The notes below the pieces were generated by a model. The model ran no database searches, was not told the origin of the DNA, and was given only the letters and a program-made list of their open reading frames with translations. Below, in pieces: positions 56,374 through 64,000 of a stretch of 64,000 nt of DNA. Position 1 is the stretch's first letter, and the number at the start of each line of letters is the position of its first letter. The stretch comes from Patescibacteria group bacterium. Its GTDB lineage: Bacteria; Patescibacteriota; Patescibacteriia; UBA10025. The stretch is from the NCBI GenBank assembly GCA_041671025.1, contig JBAZCI010000002.1:3801-67800 (forward strand), in the 5' to 3' direction. Both the position numbers and the translations under genes were made by a program.

Positions 56374-57096
56374 TTACTTCACTTCCTGGTTTTGTAAAAT
56401 TGCTTTCATGTTCTCAATATCTTCCGGTCGGCCAAAATCCATCCAGCGGTCAGAAAGCTCCACGACTTTCACCTCGTTCCGTTTGGCTAAATAAGAGACG
56501 GCGTCAGTTATTTCATATTCTCCCCGCGGAGACTTTCCGACATGATTCAATGCTTCATATACCCGGGGAGTAAACGTATATAGACTCGTGTTAATAAGAT
56601 TGCCGAGGTCTTCCGTCGGTTTCTCCACAATCCGTTCAAGAGACATGTCAGCCTTTGCCACGAGAACGCCCATGCGTTCGGGATGCTCATGCCGAATGCC
56701 CGCGACATAGGTAAACGCATCATGCTTTTCCCGCATGATCCTCAGATCCCTTGTAGAATAATAATTATCACCGGCAATTGATACAAATGACTTGCCTGCC
56801 AGATATGATTCAGCGGACATAATAGGAACGGCGGTCCCATATTTTTCAGGTAACACAGAAAACTGGTCAATAAACGTAATAGGATACGTATGTAATTTTG
56901 CAAACTCTTCGATGCGCTCTTTCTTGTACCCCACGACCAGATAGATGTGCAAAAAACCCGCTTCCATAACATTATCAAGCACATATCGTAAAAAGGGCCT
57001 GCCTTCCACCTCAATCAGGTGTTTTGGCTTATGTTCGCTGAGTTCTTTCATCCGCGTCCCCTTGCCACCGGCAGAAATAAGAATATCGGTAATCAT
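56374..57096 (-). CDS. Sugar-phosphate nucleotidyltransferase (NTP_transferase family)
   Basis: N-terminal ILISAGGKGTRMKELSEHKPKHLIEVEGRPFL signature. 240 aa. Confidence 0.85.
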   Translation of the reverse strand: MITDILISAGGKGTRMKELSEHKPKHLIEVEGRPFLRYVLDNVMEAGFLHIYLVVGYKKERIEEFAKLHTYPITFIDQFSVLPEKYGTAVPIMSAESYLAGKSFVSIAGDNYYSTRDLRIMREKHDAFTYVAGIRHEHPERMGVLVAKADMSLERIVEKPTEDLGNLINTSLYTFTPRVYEALNHVGKSPRGEYEITDAVSYLAKRNEVKVVELSDRWMDFGRPEDIENMKAILQNQEVK

Positions 57097-57144
57097 AGTA
57101 TGGGCATATTCTAGGTAAAATTTGCGCTTCTGTACATACGCAAT

Positions 57145-58182
57145 TTACCGCAGTGAGCGGACCAGAGTGTACAGACGATAGGCAAACGGCTTCACCGGAA
57201 TATCGAATGTACCGACGAATGAAACAAGCTCGCCTCCGAACCCCTGTTTGAATCGGGTAATGCCGGCCCACGGATGTTGACGAGCCGATGCATCGCCGAC
57301 TCCCGTACCGTCAGTATGCGATCGATGCACCAGTTGGCTTGGCGCTATCCCCCAGAAATCGTACCATGCGGATCCGCGCTTTTTTGCATCCTGAATCTGT
57401 CGCCATTGTAGGAGATGCGGCGCCATGACATTGCGCGCCGTATTTGATGATGCGCCATGCATATATGTTGTCGTGTCACCGAACGTCGACACGATATTCG
57501 CCGCGATGACCTGTCCTTCGTATTCTGCAAGATACAACATGAGCGTGTCAGCAGGCAACGCCTCAAACATGTTTTGATAATACTCCTGCCCGTGAGATCG
57601 AAAACCGTCTCGTGCAGTCGTTTCTTCATTCAATTTCCAAAAATCCGGAACACCTTCAACGCCGGCCGTCCGTATGTGCACACCTTTGCGCTCCGCTAAA
57701 CGAATATTGTATCTCGTCTTTTCATGCATCGCCTGCAACAATTCTTCTTCAGTGGGTTGAAGCGAAAGATACTGGGTATCAGCCGGCTGAATAGCGCGAG
57801 ATTGGATTGCCCCGAGTTTCTCTAACGGAGAGCCAGCCGATGCTGAAATGGGCGGCTCCACCCGAACAAAAAGCGTGTTCGCATTCTTCGCTTCGGCGCA
57901 TATTCCCTGCACACATTCGCGCATGGCATTGCGTTCATTCGCGTTTTCGATGACCGGCCCTCGAGGGACAAACCAATATGTCTGTCCGAACGGGAGCGGC
58001 ATTTCGATAACGAGCGCAACTCCGTTGAGCTCGGAACCGTTAAAAAAACCGTAACGAAATATCTGTCGTCCGTTCTTGTGTTGAAATTCCCCCCACGCCC
58101 ACGACTGCAAAAACTGGCTTCGTTCCCGTGAAGCGACAAACGCATCCCATGCATGCTGATCCTGTATCTGGCGGATGTCCAT
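57145..58182 (-). CDS. FemAB-family peptidoglycan interpeptide-bridge aminoacyltransferase
   Basis: FLQSWAWGEF, YLAEYEGQVIAANIV and PHLLQWRQIQDAKKRGSAWYDFWG. Start placed at MDIRQIQ, immediately after the ruvA stop. Confidence 0.85.
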   Translation of the reverse strand: MDIRQIQDQHAWDAFVASRERSQFLQSWAWGEFQHKNGRQIFRYGFFNGSELNGVALVIEMPLPFGQTYWFVPRGPVIENANERNAMRECVQGICAEAKNANTLFVRVEPPISASAGSPLEKLGAIQSRAIQPADTQYLSLQPTEEELLQAMHEKTRYNIRLAERKGVHIRTAGVEGVPDFWKLNEETTARDGFRSHGQEYYQNMFEALPADTLMLYLAEYEGQVIAANIVSTFGDTTTYMHGASSNTARNVMAPHLLQWRQIQDAKKRGSAWYDFWGIAPSQLVHRSHTDGTGVGDASARQHPWAGITRFKQGFGGELVSFVGTFDIPVKPFAYRLYTLVRSLR

Positions 58183-58183
58183 A

Positions 58184-58768
58184 TTATTCGCCGCGTACCG
58201 CCTGTCCTCCAAGTATTTTTAACGCAGCACGAACACGCTGATCTACATCTTTAACCGTACCGCCAACTTCCGTAAGCGCGGATCGCGCCTGTTGAATCGT
58301 GTAGCCGAGCGCCACCAGGGCATTCACATCTTCTGCGGTAGGCTGTGCTTTCTTTTTGCCTCGTTCTTTTTTTTCAAAAGCGGCCTTAAGCTCAATCACC
58401 AGCCGCTCGGCCGTTTTCTTGCCGATCCCCGGAACCTCTTCGAGCGCCCCTGCGTCTCCCGCGGTGATTAATTCAATTAATTTTTCTACTGAACTTTTAC
58501 TTAATATACTCATCGCCGTCTTAGGACCGACAGTAGTGACATGTAATAACTTTTTGAATATTTCCAGCTCCTCAACGGTCAAAAATCCAAAAAGCTCCAT
58601 AAGATCCTCACGGACATTGAGATGCGTAAAAATATCGAGCCTGTCACCAACGGCATACTCTTCAATAAGAGACGGCAGGACGCACACCTGATAACCGACT
58701 CCCTGTGTATCAAGAATGATCCGTTTATCGGAAATATGGCGAATAACGCCGGAAAGATGAGCAATCAT
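58184..58768 (-). CDS. ruvA: Holliday junction branch migration complex subunit RuvA
   Basis: MIAHLSGVI...GVGYQV OB domain, two HhH motifs (VGPKTAMSIL, IPGIGKKTAERLV) and C-terminal domain III. Confidence 0.93.
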   Translation of the reverse strand: MIAHLSGVIRHISDKRIILDTQGVGYQVCVLPSLIEEYAVGDRLDIFTHLNVREDLMELFGFLTVEELEIFKKLLHVTTVGPKTAMSILSKSSVEKLIELITAGDAGALEEVPGIGKKTAERLVIELKAAFEKKERGKKKAQPTAEDVNALVALGYTIQQARSALTEVGGTVKDVDQRVRAALKILGGQAVRGE

Positions 58769-58851
58769 ACTGTCAGTATATACAAAAAAGTAAAAAAAAT
58801 CGATGAACCGATTAACGATCCGGATTGCACAATTGTCGCAGTCGTTGCTAT

Positions 58852-59253
58852 CTATTCAGAAGAAGCCGGCACTTGTGGGGTAACTGTTTTGCGCAACTGC
58901 TGAAAAACCATGATGTACAGCGCGCATATGAGCACATCGATAATAGTCCCCAAATTCATCTGCGTCGAGAATATCGCTGAAGCAATTGAAAGAAGTGCGA
59001 CACCGATGGTGATCCACTGTGCCCAGCCGTATATCCGCCATACCGCAAACAGGGTAACCAGCAATACGATGATTTGTAAGAACAGGACGAGCAAAAATCC
59101 GGCTTTTGAGCTTATAGTGATTTCCCCCGAAACAACGACGACAAAAAAAGTAAAAACCAAAAGAATGACGCTGAGCGCGTACCATGCGACAGCGATAATC
59201 CATGATATAAACTGCCACCGAGTCCTCTTAATTTCGTCGATATGGAAGCGCAT
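58852..59253 (-). CDS. Hypothetical membrane protein (4 TM)
   Basis: 133 aa, hydrophobic throughout. Divergent from the AAA+ regulator gene. Confidence 0.55.
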   Translation of the reverse strand: MRFHIDEIKRTRWQFISWIIAVAWYALSVILLVFTFFVVVVSGEITISSKAGFLLVLFLQIIVLLVTLFAVWRIYGWAQWITIGVALLSIASAIFSTQMNLGTIIDVLICALYIMVFQQLRKTVTPQVPASSE

Positions 59254-59415
59254 AGGTTATGTGAAATGCCCCTTTAGCATATCATGAAATATGCATATTG
59301 ACCATGAATACTGACTCATTCTTGACGTATGCACCTATAGGATAGTAGGATGACTTGAAAACTTCGCTTTTTTGAAAACGAAATACTACTCACTGTCCAA
59401 TAAAAAGGAGATCTC

Positions 59416-60354
59416 ATGAAAACTGAACTACCCCCTTTGCAGCGTATTGCAGAAGTGTTTCCCTACTTAGCCGAGCAATACACATCGCTGACGCACATCA
59501 CCAATACGCACGCTCCCGTGGTCCTGCGTGGAGAATCAGGAACAGGCAAAAGCCTGCTCGCCCAATGTATCCATGATGATAGTGCTCGTGCAACCTTTCG
59601 GTGCACCAAAAGAAACCTGTCACAAATTCCAAATGACCTGCTTCCGAGTGAGCTGTTCGGTCATATGCACGGTTCATTTAGCGGTTCTCGCAGGAATCGT
59701 ATTGGTCTGATCGAACATTGCAATCAAGGCACTCTCATCATCGAGGACTTCACGGAAATGTCGCCGCTAGCCCAGGCAATGCTTCTGCAATTTCTAGATG
59801 ATCGCACCATTTACCGAGTCGGGGAAAACGAACCACGCTCAATTGACGTACGCATTATTGTCACTACAAACAAAGATGTCCATGAAGCGATTGAAACCCG
59901 GCATCTCCGCGAAGACTTGTGGTTTCGTCTTTCTGTCGGTCATGAATTCACCCTCCCGCCCTTATGCGATATTCCGGGATGTCATCTAAAAAGTGTTCTT
60001 GCTCAAATGGTAAAAAACGTACGCGAAAGCGAACCACAATTTGGATGCAACGGTCACTTTGAGATTGATGACGCCGTTCTGGAATACGCGGCGCTTCATG
60101 TGCGAGGCAATTTCCGGGGGCTCCTGAAGCTGGCACACCACATTGCGCTTATAGATGCCGAGCACATAGGTTTTCATCAGTTACCGGATTGGCTGCGTTC
60201 AACAGGTGATATCCCTGCTCATGTGTGGAAACAGATGAAAAGAGATGAGAGAAAAAAATGCGCGCCACAAATTCTCGCTTCTCATAACGGCAATATTTCT
60301 CAAGCTGCTCTTTCTCTGGGCATTTCCAGATCGACCTTTCAACATTATCTGTGA
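59416..60354 (+). CDS. Sigma-54-interaction-domain AAA+ transcriptional activator-like protein with no N-terminal sensory domain (PspF-like architecture)
   Basis: SD AAGGAG. Walker A VLRGESGTGKSLLAQCIH, Walker B LIIEDF, RIIVTTN, REDLWFRLSV and a C-terminal Fis-type HTH NISQAALSLGISRSTFQHYL. The GAFTGA loop reads GSFSGS. Confidence 0.85.
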   Translation: MKTELPPLQRIAEVFPYLAEQYTSLTHITNTHAPVVLRGESGTGKSLLAQCIHDDSARATFRCTKRNLSQIPNDLLPSELFGHMHGSFSGSRRNRIGLIEHCNQGTLIIEDFTEMSPLAQAMLLQFLDDRTIYRVGENEPRSIDVRIIVTTNKDVHEAIETRHLREDLWFRLSVGHEFTLPPLCDIPGCHLKSVLAQMVKNVRESEPQFGCNGHFEIDDAVLEYAALHVRGNFRGLLKLAHHIALIDAEHIGFHQLPDWLRSTGDIPAHVWKQMKRDERKKCAPQILASHNGNISQAALSLGISRSTFQHYL

Positions 60355-60366
60355 AAAACTCGACAC

Positions 60367-60393
60367 ACATCTCACAACGTGAGGTGTTTTTTT
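60367..60393 (+). terminator. Rho-independent terminator
   Basis: ACATCTCAC-aac-GTGAGGTGT (one G.U pair), running into T7. Confidence 0.85.
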
Positions 60394-60429
60394 ATACCAA
60401 AACAATCATACGAAATTCTAGAAATTTTT

Positions 60430-60876
60430 CTACTGAGCAACTGAATTACATTCTGCCCCGACTCCCGCTCCTCCACCGACAATGACCGTACCGCATCCCT
60501 TCCCGACTCCTGATGCTTTGAAACTGTACTCGAGACTAGCTGGAAATTTGATCTGTTTCTCTGATGTTTCACTACCAGCATACAAATCACCGCTGAACAC
60601 AGCGTATGACTTCATTTTTTTATTTACCGTGTAATACCCGGTGATAGTACCGGTAATTAAAACGCCGGTATTGTTTTTAAATTTTACATAGCTTCCAATT
60701 TCCACACTTTTCGGTTTCACATAAATAATAACGTCTTCAGCCTTAATACTGACAGTTACATGATCTGAGGTTGGTGGGTTAGCCACCCAACCATCCGGTC
60801 CAGCGCAACCAGCCAAAAGAACGCTGGAAATCAGTATTATTCCCACGAGTAGGACTTTTTTGAATGGAGATTGCAT
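60430..60876 (-). CDS. Hypothetical lipoprotein
   Basis: Lipobox VLLAGCAG. 148 aa with a Gly-rich C-terminus. Confidence 0.65.
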   Translation of the reverse strand: MQSPFKKVLLVGIILISSVLLAGCAGPDGWVANPPTSDHVTVSIKAEDVIIYVKPKSVEIGSYVKFKNNTGVLITGTITGYYTVNKKMKSYAVFSGDLYAGSETSEKQIKFPASLEYSFKASGVGKGCGTVIVGGGAGVGAECNSVAQ

Positions 60877-61022
60877 ATACTCACCTCCTTTCTGAATACT
60901 TTGAATTTACTACTCTCGATTGTACAAGTCAATTGGCACAAATCACTTTTTTCATTGACGACAGCCGCGCCTTCCCTCCAATCCTTTTTTCGACTATACT
61001 GTATACTCAAAAAAGTGAAACT

Positions 61023-63026
61023 ATGAAATTCGAAATTCATTCTCCCTTCAAACCGACTGGTGACCAGCCGCGCGCTATCAAAGAACTCGTCTCCGGACTA
61101 AATTCCGGTGCCCAGGATCAGACGCTCCTAGGCGTTACCGGGTCGGGGAAAACATTTACCATGGCAAATGTCATTGCACAAACGCAACGGCCGACGCTTA
61201 TCATTTCCCACAACAAAACGCTTGCCGCACAGCTCGCCACGGAATTTCAGGAATTTTTCCCGAATAACGCCGTCCATTATTTCGTATCCTACTACGATTA
61301 CTACCAACCCGAAGCGTATATTCCCCGCACGGATACGTTTATCGAAAAAGAGACGAGTATCAATGAAGAAATTGACCGACTTCGACATGCATCGACTCAG
61401 GCGATACTTTCACGCCGGGACGTGATTATCGTCGCATCCGTCTCATGCATATACGGACTCGGTTCACCGGCAGAATATAAAGGGCTCGCACTTTCGCTCA
61501 AGAAAGGCGCAGACTACGTACGAAACGACCTCCTACAGCAACTGGTTAAAATGCGCTACGACCGCAACCAGCTTGATCTGTGGCGCGGAACGTTTCGCGT
61601 AACCGGAGAAGTTGTAGAAATTTTCCCCGCGTTCTCGGAGGATTCTTTCTACCGGCTTCATTTCTTTGGAGATACGCTGGATAAAATTGAGGAACTTGAA
61701 TCACTCACACTTAACAAGAAAAATGAATTAACAGAGGTGGACATATACCCTGCAACCCACTACGTCACGCCAACCGATAATACCAATGCGGTTATCGCAA
61801 CCATCCGAAAGGATTTGGACGCTCAGGTCAAAAAATTCCTTGCCGAAGGAAAGCATCTCGAGGCGGAACGACTCAACCAACGGGTAAATTTTGATCTCGA
61901 TATGATAAAGCAGACAGGCTACTGCAACGGCATTGAAAATTACTCCAGATATTTTGACGGCCGGGCGCCAGGCACACCGCCGTATACGCTGATCGATTTC
62001 TTTCCAAAAGACTTCCTCCTGTTTATTGACGAGTCACACATGACGCTCCCTCAAATTCGCGGCATGTATGAAGGCGACAAGGCACGAAAAACATCGCTCG
62101 TGGAGTATGGTTTTCGCCTACCCGCCGCCCGCGACAATCGGCCGCTGAATTTCGATGAGTTCACTCAACGCATCGGACAAACGACCTACGTGTCCGCCAC
62201 ACCTGAACAATATGAGCTTACCCGCTCAACGCAGATCGTTGAACAACTCATACGACCCACCGGTCTGCTCGATCCCAAAATTGACATCCGCCCGACAACT
62301 CACCAGATCGATAACCTCCTCGCTGAAATCCAGGCAAACGTTAAAAAAGGCGAACGAGTCATTGTGACGACGCTCACCAAGCGCATGGCTGAAGACCTTG
62401 CCGATTATCTCCAGGACCTCAACATTAAAATACAATATCTCCATTCGGAAATCGATACATTTGAACGACTGGAAATCCTCCGCGATCTGCGCCTGGGCAA
62501 ATACGATGTTATCGTGGGGATCAACCTCCTTCGCGAAGGACTGGACCTCCCGGAAGTTTCCCTGGTGGCGATTCTCGACGCGGACAAGGAGGGATACCTG
62601 CGCTCATACACAGCCTTGATGCAGGTCATGGGACGCGCGGCACGGCACTTGAACGGCCGTATCATCATGTATGCCGACCGAATTACCGGCTCGATGCGTA
62701 AAGCAATTAATGAAACGAACCGGCGCCGGGCGACACAGGAAGAATACAACACCGAACACGGCATCACACCGACATCAATCAAAAAAATGATCAAAGAATC
62801 TCGTCTTGCCGGCAAGAAATCTGACGAACCGCGCGCCCTGCCCGATTTCAACAAAATTCCGCCAGAAGAGTTTCCTCATATCATCAAAGACTTGGAAAAT
62901 CAGATGGACATTGCATCTCAGAATTTGGAATTTGAAAAAGCTGCCAGCCTCCGCGATGAAATCACGGCAATGAGAGAGAACATGGGACAGCCTAAAAAGC
63001 GAAGTAGGAAATTCCAAAAAAAATAA
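61023..63026 (+). CDS. uvrB: Excinuclease ABC subunit B
   Basis: Start at MKFEIHSPFKPTGDQPRAI. GVTGSGKTFTMA (Walker A), DESH, a beta-hairpin region and a C-terminal UVR domain (LEFEKAASLRDEI). Confidence 0.96.
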   Translation: MKFEIHSPFKPTGDQPRAIKELVSGLNSGAQDQTLLGVTGSGKTFTMANVIAQTQRPTLIISHNKTLAAQLATEFQEFFPNNAVHYFVSYYDYYQPEAYIPRTDTFIEKETSINEEIDRLRHASTQAILSRRDVIIVASVSCIYGLGSPAEYKGLALSLKKGADYVRNDLLQQLVKMRYDRNQLDLWRGTFRVTGEVVEIFPAFSEDSFYRLHFFGDTLDKIEELESLTLNKKNELTEVDIYPATHYVTPTDNTNAVIATIRKDLDAQVKKFLAEGKHLEAERLNQRVNFDLDMIKQTGYCNGIENYSRYFDGRAPGTPPYTLIDFFPKDFLLFIDESHMTLPQIRGMYEGDKARKTSLVEYGFRLPAARDNRPLNFDEFTQRIGQTTYVSATPEQYELTRSTQIVEQLIRPTGLLDPKIDIRPTTHQIDNLLAEIQANVKKGERVIVTTLTKRMAEDLADYLQDLNIKIQYLHSEIDTFERLEILRDLRLGKYDVIVGINLLREGLDLPEVSLVAILDADKEGYLRSYTALMQVMGRAARHLNGRIIMYADRITGSMRKAINETNRRRATQEEYNTEHGITPTSIKKMIKESRLAGKKSDEPRALPDFNKIPPEEFPHIIKDLENQMDIASQNLEFEKAASLRDEITAMRENMGQPKKRSRKFQKK

Positions 63027-63036
63027 CTGCCGTTTC

Positions 63037-63069
63037 CATGTACTGCCTACCTGTACATGCGCGTGTTTT
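63037..63069 (+). terminator. Possible weak terminator after uvrB
   Basis: CATGTAC-(9 nt)-GTACATG, followed by CGCGTGTTTT. Confidence 0.4.
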
Positions 63070-63087
63070 CAGGTATACTGGAGATAA

Positions 63088-63313
63088 TACGTTGTACATC
63101 TTCCGTTTAGCCAGTTGCTCTTCGGCGGCTTCGATTGAGGATGCAGCCTGAGTGAGCAGTTCCCGACTCACTCACCCCTACTCCATGACAGTTTGTTTAT
63201 CGGCCCCCAGCCATCATACGGCGTAAAGTACCACTTTGTAACGGGGAGAAGCCACTGACCTGCGTCAATGGATACCGCAATGAATGAACTCTCAATGAGT
63301 AGGGATTTTTTTA
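63088..63313 (+). ncRNA. Candidate small RNA: promoter-like element, long imperfect hairpin, U-tract
   Basis: TGTACA-16-TATACT at 63054-63081. CCCTACTC (63176-63183) pairs with GAGTAGGG (63298-63305), and the helix extends for more than 25 bp in total, followed by AT7. No ORF longer than 15 codons. The RNA family is not recognised and the boundaries are approximate. Confidence 0.3.
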
Positions 63314-63331
63314 TTCCTTCATACATACCCT

Positions 63332-63361
63332 AAAAAAGAGGGCAACCACGAAGGTTACCCT
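63332..63361 (-). terminator. Rho-independent terminator of the FHA gene
   Basis: On the minus strand: AGGGTAACC-ttcgt-GGTTGCCCT, followed by CTTTTTT. Confidence 0.8.
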
Positions 63362-63386
63362 GAAAACTTGGTGAACGGAAAAAAAG

Positions 63387-63734
63387 CTAAAAGTGCGAAA
63401 TACATTGAACAGTATACTGTTCTAACTCCAATTTTTCATCTCTGCCCATTATGTCCGAATCTTCAAGCGGACGTCCGTTCACTGAAGCAATGCCTGGCCC
63501 GAGTCTCTGAACGATGTGACAACCGTCTGTACTGTGAGTAATCTTCAGAGAAGGGGCGTGCGGTATTGCTACATGGGAATTGCCATTACTGCCGATAAGA
63601 ATCGACCGTCGCTTAAACCTGTGCATCGGGATCATGCCCGGCGCTCCGCTCCGATGCTCGATTTCGACGACGAACTCCGGGCTCATTTTCGTAGCCGTTG
63701 TTTTTGCACTGCCTTCCGTTGCCTTCTCCGCCAT
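63387..63734 (-). CDS. FHA-domain-like protein
   Basis: 115 aa. RSILIGSNGNSHVAIPH...LKITHSTDGCHIVQRLGPGIASVNGRPLE...LELEQYTV follows the FHA pattern (G-R/S ... S-x-x-H ... N-G). Confidence 0.65.
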   Translation of the reverse strand: MAEKATEGSAKTTATKMSPEFVVEIEHRSGAPGMIPMHRFKRRSILIGSNGNSHVAIPHAPSLKITHSTDGCHIVQRLGPGIASVNGRPLEDSDIMGRDEKLELEQYTVQCISHF

Positions 63735-63894
63735 TTTACTCTCCCGCGTAAAATCGTGAGGTACGATGTTGTGTTGTGTGAGCCATTATCATAGCACGCC
63801 TGCACAAGACGACAAGATGGGTTCCAGTGGATAATTCACAGATCAACGAGATAAACGGTTTACAAGTTTCTGCTATACTGTATCTACTCTACTT

Positions 63895-64000
63895 ATGAAA
63901 AAAGTACTCGTTACGGGAACATTTGACCTCATCCATCCGGGTCATATATGGTTTTTAAAACACGCCAAAAAATACGGCGATCACCTCACGGTTATCATTG
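63895..64000 (+). CDS. Cytidylyltransferase-like (nucleotidyltransferase HxGH superfamily) protein, N-terminal fragment; continues past the right edge
   Basis: [35 protein letters not shown]. GTFDxxHxGH is the class signature shared with glycerol-3-phosphate cytidylyltransferase and RfaE domain II. Confidence 0.75.
   Translation, partial: MKKVLVTGTFDLIHPGHIWFLKHAKKYGDHLTVII

Noticed and set aside
60117-60135. Sigma-54-like promoter string CTGGCACACCACATTGCG.
   Set aside because: The GG-to-GC spacing is 11 nt rather than 10, and the string lies inside the coding region of the AAA+ regulator. A second TGGCAC at 54061 is on the wrong strand inside the SAM riboswitch, again with wrong spacing.
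1-64000. Alternative genetic code (for example UGA recoded, as in some candidate phyla), CRISPR arrays, rRNA, transposases or integrases, and reverse-transcriptase/DGR repeats.
   Set aside because: Conserved proteins (uvrC, recA, rpoB/C, metK and others) terminate at TGA, TAA or TAG at their expected lengths, so code 11 fits. I found no regularly spaced direct repeats, no rRNA-like sequence, no recombinase-like ORF, and no long template/variable repeat pair.

Overview
This window reads as part of a compact, gene-dense bacterial chromosome using the standard code: TGA, TAA and TAG all terminate full-length conserved proteins. The gene content, the many hypothetical surface or membrane proteins and the frequent leaderless-looking starts suggest a Patescibacteria/CPR-like organism, but that is inference only.

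Recognisable core genes, in order:
- uvrA (partial, left edge), uvrC, secG, a family-5 solute-binding protein, tRNA-Leu(CAG), RNase J, a 2H phosphoesterase, trpS, efp
- rpsF-ssb-rpsR, an RNA methylase, a VOC protein, ychF
- a NUDIX-glyA-folD-NUDIX block
- an Elp3 radical-SAM/GNAT enzyme placed divergently against a Trm9-type methyltransferase
- a PGM-like/HAD/murI/aminotransferase block, recA, a RodZ-like HTH protein, ftsK (split by a frameshift), rpoB-rpoC, a MurE-like ligase
- metK behind a clear SAM-I riboswitch, tRNA-Arg(CCG), a sugar-phosphate nucleotidyltransferase, femAB-family, ruvA, a sigma-54-activator-like AAA+ protein, uvrB, an FHA protein and a partial cytidylyltransferase (right edge)

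Accessory or unexplained content:
- a 2.3-kb self-contained cassette between ftsK and rpoC, bracketed by 38-bp direct repeats. It carries divergent consensus promoters, a long structured leader and three unassignable ORFs.
- a conserved imperfect hairpin motif present in that leader and again in an orphan intergenic region
- an AT-richer three-gene island next to tRNA-Arg
- several families of short palindromic intergenic elements
- a hypothetical gene cluster at 21.9-25.9 kb that includes two ORFs separated only by an in-frame TAA

No CRISPR array, transposase, integrase or rRNA was seen. All coordinates and motifs were read by eye from the sequence. No searches or folding computations were run.
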